Assembly: GCA_965203805.1 (NCBI GenBank)
Contig: OZ241917.1
Span: 3,552,001-3,616,000 of the forward strand
From: Candidatus Latescibacterota bacterium
GTDB lineage: Bacteria > Latescibacterota > UBA2968 > GCA-2709665
Direction: 5' to 3'
Length of the DNA stretch: 64,000 nt
In this document: piece by piece, positions 1 to 10,582 of the stretch
How the letters are laid out: each line of letters starts with the position of its first letter
Position numbering within the stretch: the stretch's first letter is position 1
Position numbers and translations under genes: made by a program
The notes under the pieces: generated by a model
Told to the model about the DNA's origin: nothing
The model's input: only the letters and a program-made list of their open reading frames with translations
Databases searched by the model: none

Positions 1-21
1 GAGGAAAACCGGGGCCTCGCG

Positions 22-3000
22 TCAGCGCGTCCAAGAGGCCGCATCGGGGATGCCGTAGCTGGTAAGGACCTCCAGTTCAGGCGTCGCGAGACTCTTCGCT
101 GGCCGCTTGGCAGCCGCCTCGACCCAGTCCCTCAGGATGCCCCGGACACTTCCCGTCGTGCGGTCCAGCAGCAGCGCGACGGCGGGGTCCTGTTCGCCAT
201 CGAGGACCGAGACGCCTTCAGGGCCGGAAAACGCGATACGCGCCAGCCGGTCGGCCCAATCCGGCTGCACCGGAAGAATGAACGCGAAGTAGCGGCCCTT
301 GCCGCCGCAAGCGATTTCGGCCATACCGAACGTCAGGTCGAACACCGTGCCACCGGCCTCATCCTCCCCTCTGAGCCGATACGGACCATCCGTCTGTGGC
401 GGCGACGGTGACGCGTTGACCACAAACGCGGGTTCAAGGAACGGTTGTTTGTTATCGTTCACGCCGCCCCAAAGCAGCAAGCCCTTCGCCGAGGTAGCGT
501 AGGCCGCAACCTCGAATCTGTCCCGTTCATGGTAGCGATGTCGCAGCGCCCTGGAAAAGCTAAACTCGCTGATCCACTGCGGGTGGCAGTACGTCATCAG
601 GTCTGACGTTTCGGGATTCACAAGCGACCCGCTGAGGAAATCGTATCCCCACGCGCCGATGGAGCCGTCTTCGGTGGGATAATCGGGATCGGAACCAAGT
701 GCGCCACATCCCGGGGCGTGGAAGAGATTCAGGTTATGACCGAGTTCGTGCGCGATCACGTTCCCGTCGAGGATGGACAGGCTTACGTATCCTGGCAACT
801 GTGCGATCCCCTGTATGCCACTTTCGCCTGTCTTTCTGAAAATCCCCATATGGTGACCTTGCTGGCCTTCCATGGCATAAATCAGTTCGGTCTCACGTAT
901 CAACGTTTCATACCCGTCGCCGGTGGGATCGGCCGAAGTCAATACTGGCTCGTGAATGGTCAGACCGAAGTCACGCACCGGAAGGATATCGCGGGTCAAC
1001 CGGAACAGGCCAGATTCAGTCGACAAGTCATTTATTTCCAACAAGACGGTACTGTCCGGGTTCTCGGCCCACAGAAATGGGACCAATGTCAGCTCGAAGG
1101 GCGGTAGGGACGTCACGTCCACTGCCGTTCTGCCCGTCGCGGGCAAACGAGCACCGATACCCAGGCCCGGGTCCAGTGTCCGGTCCGGATCGATCTCCAC
1201 TACCATCTCCAGTCCAGGCATGACCACCGAGCCCGGCACCACCGCGTTGGCCGAATTCAACAGGGACGCCTCATTGATCTGCCAGGGGATGCCCGCCGCC
1301 CGGCCTTCGATCTCCGTAGTATGCACCTCCGCGCCGTTCAGATAGAAGGCGGCACGCACGGGGGGCATCTGCGCATCCAGGTCCCGCGCCGCGGTAACGA
1401 ACACACGCAACAGAGCGTCCTCGCCAGCCACCAGTGACACGGGATATTTCAGCGATTGCGTCACCTGCGTCAGGTAGGCCGTTGACAGGTCCATGAGGTC
1501 GCAGTTCGGCACACGGCTGTCAGGAATTTCTCTGAGCCACGCCTGGAATTCCGAGCCTTCGGGGACGCACACGAGCGTTTCTTTCAAACCGAGGGTTTCC
1601 AGGTTGAGATTGGTAAACGTGTGCGAAAGGCTTCCCCTCAAAGCGCCGTTATAGGCGAGGTCCAGCGACTTGAGATTGGGGAGATTGCCCAGTTCCGGCG
1701 GTATCTCACCGGACAACTGATTGATGCTGAGGTCAAGCGACTCGAGATTGGTGAGTTGCCCCAGTTCTGAAGGTATCTCGCCGGTCAATCGGTTTGACGT
1801 AAGGTTCAATCTTTGCAGATTGACCAGCTGTCCCAACCCGGACGGTATCTTACCGGTCAACTGGTTATTGTCAAGGTACAGTTCCTGAATATTGGTCAAC
1901 CGTCTCAGTTCGGAGGGTATTTCACCAGTCAACTGGTTTTTTCCCAGGAATATCCGCCTGAGATTGGTGAGCTGTCCGAATTCCGCTGGTATCGGTCCCG
2001 TCAACAGGTTTTTGTTAAGAAACAGATCATCGAGATTGGCCAGTTTTCCCAGTTCGGAGGGTATCTCGCCCATCAGCTGATTGTGGCCGATTTCCAGTTG
2101 TATGAGATTGGTGAGTTGTCCAAGTTCCGGTGGAATACCTCCCGTCAACTCATTATCGCTAAGTCCCAAACTTCGGAGAACAGACAACCGTCCGAGTCTC
2201 GGGGGTATCTCGCCCGTCAACCGATTGGACCCAAGCCCCAGCGATTCGAGATTCGTGAGTTGACCAAGCTCTGGCGGGATCCCTCCCGTTAATCTGTTCC
2301 CGGAAAGACTCAAGCGGCTGAGCTTGGTCAACTGCCGCAGTGACACGGGTATCTTGCCCGACAACCAGTTTCCATCAAGACGCACCGTTTCGAGATTGGT
2401 CAACCGGCCAAGCTCTGGTGGGATCTCCCCCGTTAACCCACTCGCGGCAAGGCCCAAGGACGTGAGATTCGTGAGTTGACCAATTTCCGGCGGAATCCCT
2501 CCCGTAAGTTGATTTCCGAACAGTCTCAGATAGGTGAGTCTGGTTAATTGTCCAAGCTCTGGTGGAATGCCACCCGTTAATTGATTATCTCCAAGGTCCA
2601 GGAATGTGAGATGGGCCAACTGTCCCAGTTGGCGAGGTATCGCTCCGTTCAGATTGTTCTTATACAGTTCCACTCTGGACACCCGTCCGCCGGCATCGGT
2701 GGTCACACCATACCATTGGCCTAGCGGCGCGGTGCTGGCCCAATTCGTGGCATTCGTCCAGTTCGATCCATGGGTCCCGTTGTATAACTCAACCAATGCA
2801 TAGTAGTCCACGCGTGTCTCAGTGCAGCGGGAAACCCCGGTTCTGCTGGGTATCCGTTCGTACCAGGCCTGGAATTCCTCCTGCGGGGGCCCGCACAATT
2901 GCGTTCCGTCCAGCGCCAGCGAATCCAGCGTGAGCTGAGTCAGCCCTAATGGTACTGGCCCGGACAATGCGGCGTTAGTCGAAAGGTTCAGCGTTTTGAG

Positions 3001-4713
3001 GTGGGCCAGGTCTCCAAGCTGGTGAGGTATTGTTCCCCTCAGGTTGTTGCCTCGCAGGTCAAGTCTGGTCACACCGCCATCGGCGCCGACTGTCACTCCG
3101 TCCCACTCGCCCAGGTTCTCGGTACTCAACCAGTTTGTCTTATTCTTCCAGTTTGATCCGTCGGCCGACCTGTACAATGCAACCAGAGCATCACGTTCCG
3201 GAAACACACAAAGATCGCCGACTCTCTTTACACGTATCCCCTCGAGCCATTTGTGGAATTCGGCCGTCTGAGGTATACACACCTGTGTGTCATGCAAGTG
3301 AAACTCTGCCAGAGTGAGACCGGTGAAAGATTCCGGCAGCGGCCCAGTCAGGTCATTGTTTTGATGGAAGTATATTTCTCTAAGTTCGGTAAGCTGGCCC
3401 AGTTCAGACGGTATCCTCCCTGTCAACTGATTCCAACCAAGGAACAAATATCGCAGATCAGACATTTCGCCCAGTTCCGAGGGGATCGGGCCTGTTATCA
3501 GGTTTACTCCAAGTTCCAGATCCTGCAGCCGCGTCAACTGTCCCAGTTCAGGGGGGATCGCTCCCGTCAGTTCATTGTAGGCAAGGTTCAACGATGCAAG
3601 ATTGGCGAGTTGGCCCAGTTCAGGGGGGATCCCGCCCCCCAGTGGGTTAGTGTTAAGCCATAACGTTTTGAGACTGCTGAGTTGGCCCAGTTCAGGGGGG
3701 ATCGGGCCGGTCAATTTGTTACCGTCGAGGATCAACATTTCGAGGTTGGTGAGTTGGCCCAGTTCAGGGGGGATCGCTCCCGTCAGTTCATTATTGGCAA
3801 GGTCTAACGAAGTGAGGTTGGTGAGTTTTGCAAGTTCCGTTGGTATCGGCCCATTCAGGTCATTTATGTCAAGCTCTAACACTCTTAAGTTGGTTAGTTG
3901 GCCCAACTCCGGCGGGATCGGACCCGTCAAGTCATTGTTCCAACTAAGGTCCAATGTTTCAAGATTCGTGAGTTGGCCCAGTTCCGCCGGGATCGGGCCC
4001 GTCAACCCACTGACCCAAAATACCATGTTCTTAAGCCTGGCGAGCTTGCCCAGTTCGGCAGGAATCGCCCCATTCAATGAGTTTACCGAAAGATCCAAAT
4101 CTTCGAGATTCGTGAGCTGTCCAAGCTCTGGCGGTATCCCTCCGCTCAGGTCATTCCCGCTGAGAATCAAATGTGTGAGCTTTGTGAGTTCCCCTAGTTC
4201 CGGCGGGATCGGGCCCGCCAGTTTATTTCTAACCAGGTGAAGCGACGTGACACGACCGTTTTGTGCGCTGACGCCATACCAGGTTGAAAGGTCCTTCTCC
4301 GTCAGCCAATTGGTGTTGTTCTCCCAGTTGGGACCGTCCGTCGCGTTGTACAGTGCGACCAATGCATCCCGATCCCCGCCGGATACAGGGACCTTTTCTC
4401 CGAAACGTCCCGAAAAAATCACAAAATCGCCGAATCCGATCGATCCGTCACCGTCCAGATCATACCGTGGGTCATACTCGGCGTCCCCTTTTCCTGACCC
4501 GAATATTTCTGCAAGCAGAACGAAATCGCTGAAGCCAACCGTCCCATTGCCGTCGAAGTCAGGGGAACCGGCGGCGTGCGGCGAACTTGCCTGCGAATAT
4601 TGAGATCCCACGCAAATCAACACGGCGGAATACAGTATCGCGAATACCGAAACCGATTTGGTCCTATACCCCGCGAATCGTCCCCCCGTAGGTAATGTTC
4701 GACGCTCGTTCAC
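22..4713 (-). CDS. Secreted leucine-rich-repeat protein with N-terminal dockerin/EF-hand-like pair and C-terminal zinc metallopeptidase domain
   Basis: Hydrophobic N-terminus; DFDGNGTVGFSDF / YDLDGDGSIGFGDF pair; three (R)DALVALY..T.G.NW...TNW caps, each followed by 24-aa LxGxIPxELGxLxxLxxLxLxxNx repeats; HELGHNLNLFH plus downstream LMTYC Met-turn. Confidence 0.9.
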   Translation of the reverse strand: MNERRTLPTGGRFAGYRTKSVSVFAILYSAVLICVGSQYSQASSPHAAGSPDFDGNGTVGFSDFVLLAEIFGSGKGDAEYDPRYDLDGDGSIGFGDFVIFSGRFGEKVPVSGGDRDALVALYNATDGPNWENNTNWLTEKDLSTWYGVSAQNGRVTSLHLVRNKLAGPIPPELGELTKLTHLILSGNDLSGGIPPELGQLTNLEDLDLSVNSLNGAIPAELGKLARLKNMVFWVSGLTGPIPAELGQLTNLETLDLSWNNDLTGPIPPELGQLTNLRVLELDINDLNGPIPTELAKLTNLTSLDLANNELTGAIPPELGQLTNLEMLILDGNKLTGPIPPELGQLSSLKTLWLNTNPLGGGIPPELGQLANLASLNLAYNELTGAIPPELGQLTRLQDLELGVNLITGPIPSELGEMSDLRYLFLGWNQLTGRIPSELGQLTELREIYFHQNNDLTGPLPESFTGLTLAEFHLHDTQVCIPQTAEFHKWLEGIRVKRVGDLCVFPERDALVALYRSADGSNWKNKTNWLSTENLGEWDGVTVGADGGVTRLDLRGNNLRGTIPHQLGDLAHLKTLNLSTNAALSGPVPLGLTQLTLDSLALDGTQLCGPPQEEFQAWYERIPSRTGVSRCTETRVDYYALVELYNGTHGSNWTNATNWASTAPLGQWYGVTTDAGGRVSRVELYKNNLNGAIPRQLGQLAHLTFLDLGDNQLTGGIPPELGQLTRLTYLRLFGNQLTGGIPPEIGQLTNLTSLGLAASGLTGEIPPELGRLTNLETVRLDGNWLSGKIPVSLRQLTKLSRLSLSGNRLTGGIPPELGQLTNLESLGLGSNRLTGEIPPRLGRLSVLRSLGLSDNELTGGIPPELGQLTNLIQLEIGHNQLMGEIPSELGKLANLDDLFLNKNLLTGPIPAEFGQLTNLRRIFLGKNQLTGEIPSELRRLTNIQELYLDNNQLTGKIPSGLGQLVNLQRLNLTSNRLTGEIPSELGQLTNLESLDLSINQLSGEIPPELGNLPNLKSLDLAYNGALRGSLSHTFTNLNLETLGLKETLVCVPEGSEFQAWLREIPDSRVPNCDLMDLSTAYLTQVTQSLKYPVSLVAGEDALLRVFVTAARDLDAQMPPVRAAFYLNGAEVHTTEIEGRAAGIPWQINEASLLNSANAVVPGSVVMPGLEMVVEIDPDRTLDPGLGIGARLPATGRTAVDVTSLPPFELTLVPFLWAENPDSTVLLEINDLSTESGLFRLTRDILPVRDFGLTIHEPVLTSADPTGDGYETLIRETELIYAMEGQQGHHMGIFRKTGESGIQGIAQLPGYVSLSILDGNVIAHELGHNLNLFHAPGCGALGSDPDYPTEDGSIGAWGYDFLSGSLVNPETSDLMTYCHPQWISEFSFSRALRHRYHERDRFEVAAYATSAKGLLLWGGVNDNKQPFLEPAFVVNASPSPPQTDGPYRLRGEDEAGGTVFDLTFGMAEIACGGKGRYFAFILPVQPDWADRLARIAFSGPEGVSVLDGEQDPAVALLLDRTTGSVRGILRDWVEAAAKRPAKSLATPELEVLTSYGIPDAASWTR

Positions 4714-4835
4714 CGCGATCTCGCACCTGAAAGCAATGCCGAATCAGCAGTCAGCAATTAGCGCTCAGCAGTCAGCCAGACCAGGTTGACGATACGGCCT
4801 GTCGACATCAATTCGCGATACCTGCGCGAATATGA

Positions 4836-5050
4836 GGGCGACCACAGGGGTCGCCCCTACAACTGCAAACGCCCCCCAGCCCGTCTCCCCCGGGGCAGAC
4901 GGGAGACGGAAGAGGGGAGAGAATGCCTGCCTCGTGCGGTTTCATTTCTTGCCGGTGGCATAACGGAAGTACCAATCGGGCAAGGGCTTCTTCTCACGGC
5001 TCACGTCTTACGACTCCCCGATTTTGTGCGGCCACAAGGGTCGCCCCTAC
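4836..5050. repeat. Pair of GTAG-type REP palindromes (4836-4860, 5028-5050)
   Basis: gggcgaccacaggggtcgcccctac and gcggccacaagggtcgcccctac; reverse complement starts GTAG followed by a GC-rich palindrome. Confidence 0.7.
4928..4982. repeat. 55-nt hairpin element, copy 1
   Basis: Colinear with 10438-10492 (reverse complement), 15353-15407 and 52729-52783. Confidence 0.8.
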
Positions 5051-5189
5051 AAAAACAACGACGGTGCGTCCGCAAAGAAAAAAGCCGCGCCACGGACAAT
5101 GCCTCGGGCGGGGCTATTTCTTGGGCGTGACAGGTTGAATCCTACCCCCTTCTTGGGGGAAGTCTAACCCGCTCCGAGCCACCTGGTTC

Positions 5190-5405
5190 CTCCCCCTTTC
5201 CCCCCGGGAGAGGGGGCCGGGGGGAGAGGTCTGCGGCCGTTATCGTCCTGCCACTTCACGGCTCTGACGTTAACGGTTTTGCTTTTCGCTGTTTGTCTTT
5301 GCTTCAGGCTGAATGCTGACTGCTATTGGCTGCTCTCTCCCTTCGTGTCTCCGTGTGAGTTGCTTTTCGCTTTTGATTTTAGCTGACTGCTGATTGCTAA
5401 CGGCT
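5190..5405. repeat. Mosaic intergenic repeat (CCCCCT..AGGGGG hairpin plus GCTGA heptamer tracts)
   Basis: 5190-5340 resembles the reverse complement of 12575-12705; gctgctctctcccttcgtgtctccgtgtgag recurs almost exactly near 33293. Confidence 0.65.
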
Positions 5406-5411
5406 GTATTT

Positions 5412-6467
5412 CTACCATCCCTGCCGGCCCACGTACAGGCCCCGATTCTTCATGGGCAGCCGGACGCGGACGCCGCCGAGTCGATGGGACTCGATAAAGC
5501 CCATGATCATCTCCTGGCTTCGCCGGGCCAACTGGATCGGCCCACTGGTCTCGCGGTTGTCATCCAACGCCTCGGCGATATCCCTGAGACCGTTCACAGT
5601 ACCACTTTCCCTCGGCACCTCGGGAAACGGCCGCTCTTTCAGCGCACGCGGCGCGCCGGAGGCCTGCCGGAACTGACAGGTCATCCCGTTGTCGAACGTC
5701 CTCAGCTTTCCGCCGGAGCCGCAAAGCTCGAATTCCGCTCCGCTGCCGGCCGTTACATAACCGAGGACGCCGTTGTGAAACCGCACGAACCCGGCCGCCA
5801 CGCCCGGGTCCACGTTCAGCCGGTTGTCGTCCCAGTCCCCATCCTCACACACAATGGTTCCCTGAACGAAATCGATCTCCGGATCGCCCGCAAGGTACAA
5901 CATCATATCCGATCCGTGGGTGAGCCCCCACAACGCGGCGGTCACCCCCTGCTGCACAATCACGGCCTGGATCGTCCCCAATTCGCCCGCGTCGGCCAGT
6001 TCCCGCATTTTCTGATAGATCGGAATATACCGGCGCTGGGTGCCGTAATTGAACTTCGTTCCGTTCCGCTCTACCGCCGCCACCATCGCGTCGGCTTCCT
6101 CCATCGAGCAGCAAAGCGGCTTTTCGCAATAGATCCCCTTTACGCCATGGTCAGCCGCGAACACGGTCATCTCCGAGTGGGTTGCGGGGCGCGTGGCGAT
6201 ACACACGATATCCGGATTCTCTTTGTCGATCATCTCCCGGTAGTCGGTATAGCAGACCGGAACGTTGTACCGTTCCCGAATCGACTCCGCCTTCCCGGCC
6301 ACCACGTCCGAGACCGCAATCAGTTCCGTCCGCTCGCAGGCCACGGCGGCCGCGGCGTGCGAGTACGGAATCCAGAGGTTGCTGTCGGGATGGTCGCGCA
6401 CTTCATCGTCGATGGTCGCCCCCATCCGTCCGCATCCGATCAGCGCCGTACGATAACGATCCGCCAT
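5412..6467 (-). CDS. Gfo/Idh/MocA family oxidoreductase
   Basis: ALIGCGRMG Rossmann motif, CEKP motif; start reassigned to MADRYRT. Confidence 0.9.
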   Translation of the reverse strand: MADRYRTALIGCGRMGATIDDEVRDHPDSNLWIPYSHAAAAVACERTELIAVSDVVAGKAESIRERYNVPVCYTDYREMIDKENPDIVCIATRPATHSEMTVFAADHGVKGIYCEKPLCCSMEEADAMVAAVERNGTKFNYGTQRRYIPIYQKMRELADAGELGTIQAVIVQQGVTAALWGLTHGSDMMLYLAGDPEIDFVQGTIVCEDGDWDDNRLNVDPGVAAGFVRFHNGVLGYVTAGSGAEFELCGSGGKLRTFDNGMTCQFRQASGAPRALKERPFPEVPRESGTVNGLRDIAEALDDNRETSGPIQLARRSQEMIMGFIESHRLGGVRVRLPMKNRGLYVGRQGW

Positions 6468-6492
6468 TTTCCTGTCCTCGTGTTGATGGGTG

Positions 6493-8034
6493 TCACTCCA
6501 CCGCGTTTGACCGCATCTCCGCCCGCAGGGGGCCGAACATCCCGTGGCCCCATTGGACATCCGCGTCCATTGCCGCCTCCGCCCGCCCGGCGGGGAGCGG
6601 CGCCGTGCCCAGCAGCCGCCCGTCCTGAGCGATGCCGATTCTGTCCTCTCCGATGGTGAATTCAAGCGTCGTGGGCTTTCCCGTCCAGGCAACCGGCACG
6701 GACACGCTGCCCGGTTTCCTCACCCGGTAGACCATGCGGTACTGGTTCCACACCTCGTCATCGTGCAGGAACGAATGCCGCATGTCACGCACGGGACAGC
6801 CCTTGGCGCTCACCGACAGAAACATGGCGTCCCCATTCGGCGCCAGCCCGGTCACACGTTGTCCCCAGTCGTTGATTACCAGGTCGGTACCATGTTTTTC
6901 GTTGTACGCGACCACACGGTCTTCGTAGGGATGATTCATCGTGTCCGTAATCGGAGGGTTCCGGAACATCCGTTTCACGAAATGCCACGCATTTCCGTGC
7001 GCGTCGTACCGCCACAATTCCGACCAGGGCCATACCCCCACGTAGAGGTCCCCTCCGTAAATCGCGGTTGTCTGCGCCTCCCGCACACTGCCGGATACGC
7101 CCGGCATCACCGGCGGCGAGTTCTCCAGGTGGCGAAGTTCCTTGCCGTCGTACTTGAACAGGTTTCCCGTGGGGTACTGTGCGATCAGCATCTCGTCGTA
7201 CCAGTTCAACATCGAATACAGCTGAAAACTCACGCCGGCAAGCGACGCGCGCACGATCTTCCACCTGGATCCGTCGAAAACGTAGACGCCGCCCATATTG
7301 GACGAATTCACGATCTCATCTCCCAGTTGTCCGATGGAAAACGGCGTCTCCTGCGGATATTTCAGGTCCAGCGTCACCGCCTGACCCAGGGCGACCGGTC
7401 CATCTCCCGGCTTCCACGGGACCGCGTACAGCGTGGTATACGGCGGATCCGACTCGTGGTCTCTGTGGAAAAACGTCAGGTAGCCCAGGGCGTAATAGAA
7501 ATGGTGAAAGTGACCTTTTTCCGGTTTCTCCACGACCTGCTCGCCGTCGTACCAGGCCTCGCTGCTCTTGAACTGGAAAATCTTTCCGGCAACCCGCATT
7601 TTCCCGTCGCCGGCCATGGCTTCGCCCACGCCGTAGCTCTCGTCCACCTGCCACCCGCCTGCCGCGTCGTCCCACCATCGCGCGGTCCTGTCCTGGTGAT
7701 AGCTGCAGGAGTAGACGCGGCCATCCAGGTCGAACAGGTAGCTCCCTCCGTCTTCGGTGGAGGGCGGCAGGGTCTCGAATGTCTCCTCTGCCTCGTCGTC
7801 CCGCACGAAAAACTGCAGCGTGAACCGATCCATCCGAAACGCCGTATTATATACGCCCACAAAGCCCGCCCCCATCACCACACGGCCCTCTTTGTCCCGG
7901 GCTTCGAACAGCGACCCCCAGTTCTGCCCCACGTCCTGACCGAATTCGATCGTCGTTGAAATCTGCATCAGCGGTTTCTCCTCCGCGCGCCCCGGCATCG
8001 GCCAGAGCAACAATGTGATAAGGACCCAGTTCAT
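6493..8034 (-). CDS. Secreted hypothetical protein, probably beta-propeller
   Basis: Signal peptide MNWVLITLLLWPMPGRAEE; repeated G.VY.FDG..W / LFKYDG / LWRYD blade-like motifs; same strand as its neighbours. Confidence 0.7.
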   Translation of the reverse strand: MNWVLITLLLWPMPGRAEEKPLMQISTTIEFGQDVGQNWGSLFEARDKEGRVVMGAGFVGVYNTAFRMDRFTLQFFVRDDEAEETFETLPPSTEDGGSYLFDLDGRVYSCSYHQDRTARWWDDAAGGWQVDESYGVGEAMAGDGKMRVAGKIFQFKSSEAWYDGEQVVEKPEKGHFHHFYYALGYLTFFHRDHESDPPYTTLYAVPWKPGDGPVALGQAVTLDLKYPQETPFSIGQLGDEIVNSSNMGGVYVFDGSRWKIVRASLAGVSFQLYSMLNWYDEMLIAQYPTGNLFKYDGKELRHLENSPPVMPGVSGSVREAQTTAIYGGDLYVGVWPWSELWRYDAHGNAWHFVKRMFRNPPITDTMNHPYEDRVVAYNEKHGTDLVINDWGQRVTGLAPNGDAMFLSVSAKGCPVRDMRHSFLHDDEVWNQYRMVYRVRKPGSVSVPVAWTGKPTTLEFTIGEDRIGIAQDGRLLGTAPLPAGRAEAAMDADVQWGHGMFGPLRAEMRSNAVE

Positions 8035-8060
8035 GGCAAAGCGGTTTGAAACGGACACCG

Positions 8061-9023
8061 TCAAAACGCCAGGACAACCTTGACCGCGCCGTCCGTCTCC
8101 GGATGCTCGAACGCCAGTTCGAACGCTTCCTGGATCTTCTCGAACGGCATCAGGTGCGTCAGAATCGGCCGCACATTCAGCCGGCCCTGTGTGATCCAGT
8201 CCAGCGCAAGCGTATAGTCCAGGCTCGGATTCGGTCCGACCGACGTCACGATCTGCAGTTCCTTTTTGAACATATTCATAAAAGACAGCGTCATCCGCCC
8301 TTCGGCATTCTCCTTGTTCGGTACGCCGAAGTAAACCAGCGTGCCGTCCTGACGAAGCAGGTCGCCGCACAGGTTGAACGTGGACTCCCTGCCCACGGCC
8401 TCCACCGCCAGGTCCACCATCTCTCCCCCGGTAATTTCCGCGACCGTCTCCACCAGGTCGCACGTTTCCGGATCGATGGTATGGGTCGCCCCCATCCCGG
8501 ACGACACGTCCAGCCGATGGGGGAGCGGATCCACGCCGATAATGGTCCTTGCGCCAAAATTACGCAATGTGGCATTGAACAGTTGTCCCACCGGACCCTG
8601 CCCCATCACCAGCGCGTTCCGGTTGATCACGTTGCCCAGCTTGTAGAAGCAGTGAATCACCGTACCTAACAACTGGCTCATCAGCGCCACTTCCGGGTCG
8701 ACGTCCTTCGGCAGCTTCACGCATGCGGCCGGATCGGCCAGCACGTATTCCTGGAACAGACCCCGGTCGAAGCCCCAGAGCAGCGCGCGATCGCCAACGT
8801 CGAAGGCGGATGTCGGGCACGCCTCGACAATCCCAAGCCCTTCGTGTCCCGTCTGCCCCATTGCCATGGGATAGGACGTCCCTACCCCGCAAAATGCCGG
8901 CTTGTCCGTACCGCAGATCCCAACCCGCTCCAGGCGAACGAGCATCATCTCCCCGTTTGCCTCGGGTCTCTCCACCTCGGCAAGCTCCCACTGACGGGGC
9001 GCTACCAATCTAGCCGCTCTCAT
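8061..9023 (-). CDS. Zinc-binding (MDR) dehydrogenase
   Basis: GICGTD, GHE, GQGPVG, KVVL C-terminus; no four-Cys structural zinc loop. Confidence 0.9.
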   Translation of the reverse strand: MRAARLVAPRQWELAEVERPEANGEMMLVRLERVGICGTDKPAFCGVGTSYPMAMGQTGHEGLGIVEACPTSAFDVGDRALLWGFDRGLFQEYVLADPAACVKLPKDVDPEVALMSQLLGTVIHCFYKLGNVINRNALVMGQGPVGQLFNATLRNFGARTIIGVDPLPHRLDVSSGMGATHTIDPETCDLVETVAEITGGEMVDLAVEAVGRESTFNLCGDLLRQDGTLVYFGVPNKENAEGRMTLSFMNMFKKELQIVTSVGPNPSLDYTLALDWITQGRLNVRPILTHLMPFEKIQEAFELAFEHPETDGAVKVVLAF

Positions 9024-9044
9024 CTATACACACCTCTCTCCAAA

Positions 9045-10301
9045 TCAGTCCCAAACCGGCCAATCCTGATCCTGCAAGCGCTTCCACAACCCGTCGAACG
9101 CCTCGCTTCCGTCGTCCTCCCACTCGTCCAGGCGCACGCCGGTCGCAAAGGACTCGTCCACGCCCTCTTTCATCAACCGCTCCGCCTGCTGCAGATTCCG
9201 ATAATAGTGCCTGACGCCGCCGGGGAACGTCACCACGGACAGGTGCCGGGCCCATACCGCCGCGGGCGTCTTCCGGTATTTCGCAACGGCATCCTCGTCC
9301 AGCGTTACGCCCAGACCGGGGCCCTCCGGCACCTTCATGAAGCCCCGCTGAATCGGATGTGCGTCCACGATCAAATCGTCTTCGTACGAATGGCCGGCCG
9401 TCACGCCCGGTAACGTCGCCGTCGGCATGACAGCGCCCAGTTGCAGCGCGAACGCCGTTGTGATCCCCGTGCCAACGTATTGCAGCAGGATCGGCGTATT
9501 CGCCGCGGCGAACGTCCAGCCCGCCGCCAGCGCGTCCCGCACGCACTCGTGGCTGCATAACGCGCCCTCGAAGTCGCCGGCGCGAAGCCCCGTCCACGGC
9601 CCTGACGGCTGCCGGGACGCGGCCTCGGACAGCACGCGCACGCCGTGCAGATAGAAGGGGATGCGGATCTCCCGGTGCAGCCTGCGCCAGCCATCGATAT
9701 CGTACGCGAAGATCGGCTCTTCGACGCCCTTTACGACCGGGATCTTCTCCAGTTCCCTCAGCACGGGCAGTGCTTTCTCGACGCATATCAAGGCGCCGTT
9801 GAAGTCGAATTCCACCCGGAAATCCGGTGGCGCCGCGTCCTGAATCGCCCGGGCGCATTCCACCACGTCGTAAAACGCGCGGGCCTTGCATTTCAGCCCG
9901 CGGTACCCGCAATCCGCCGCAACCCGGACCTCCGCCGCCGTGTCCTCGGGCGACATGCTGGGCATCCACCATCCCATGGCCACCCATTGACGCGCCTGCT
10001 GCCCCATCACCTTCCATGCGGGCAGCCCCAGGTGCTTCCCCATGAGATCGTAACACGCCATATCCAGATTGAACCGCCCCCGGCCCATCACGTGGTCGAA
10101 GGGGTCGGTCCCTATATACACGCCCAGCGCCTCAGGCTCCAGCGGCGGTCCGGGATTCTCACCCAGCCCCACCAGTCCGGTGTCCGTATGAAACCGGTAT
10201 ACCGTCACTTCCTCCGTCATCGCGAAGTGATGGTACGCTTTCCGGATTCGCGCGTCATAGGGAACCCTAAGGGGAATCACTTCGATGTCCGTGATCTTCA
10301 T
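9045..10301 (-). CDS. Mandelate racemase/muconate lactonising enzyme (enolase superfamily)
   Basis: MKITDIEV start, DMACYDLMGKHLGLP, KxK, DFN, EEP, PEGPGLGV. Confidence 0.88.
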   Translation of the reverse strand: MKITDIEVIPLRVPYDARIRKAYHHFAMTEEVTVYRFHTDTGLVGLGENPGPPLEPEALGVYIGTDPFDHVMGRGRFNLDMACYDLMGKHLGLPAWKVMGQQARQWVAMGWWMPSMSPEDTAAEVRVAADCGYRGLKCKARAFYDVVECARAIQDAAPPDFRVEFDFNGALICVEKALPVLRELEKIPVVKGVEEPIFAYDIDGWRRLHREIRIPFYLHGVRVLSEAASRQPSGPWTGLRAGDFEGALCSHECVRDALAAGWTFAAANTPILLQYVGTGITTAFALQLGAVMPTATLPGVTAGHSYEDDLIVDAHPIQRGFMKVPEGPGLGVTLDEDAVAKYRKTPAAVWARHLSVVTFPGGVRHYYRNLQQAERLMKEGVDESFATGVRLDEWEDDGSEAFDGLWKRLQDQDWPVWD

Positions 10302-10437
10302 TGGTGCCGTCCTTGCCAAAGCCATCGGGCGCGCGCGCAAGGCGTGCCGTCATGCTGCAACGCTTGGATTTCGAGGGATGCGGTGGTATATATAATGCGG
10401 GTAGAGGTAAGACGTGAGTCACGGTAGAAGACGTCCT

Positions 10438-10492
10438 CGCCCGTTTGGATCTTCCTTTATGCCGCCGGCAAGAAATGACACCTCACAGGGCG
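10438..10492. repeat. 55-nt hairpin element, copy 2 (inverted)
   Basis: Reverse complement aligns without gaps to 4928-4982. Confidence 0.8.
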
Positions 10493-10582
10493 GACAATCT
10501 CTCCCCTCTCCCGTCTAACGTCTACCCGTTCTTCAGGCACTCACATCTTCTACCCTCTTACCGCCTCTCAAAAGGTGTTCCC

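Noticed and set aside
1600-4260. 72-bp nucleotide periodicity as a non-coding tandem repeat; + strand ORFs such as 3602-4240
   Set aside because: Fully explained by 24-aa LRR coding on the minus strand; the + ORFs are antisense shadows
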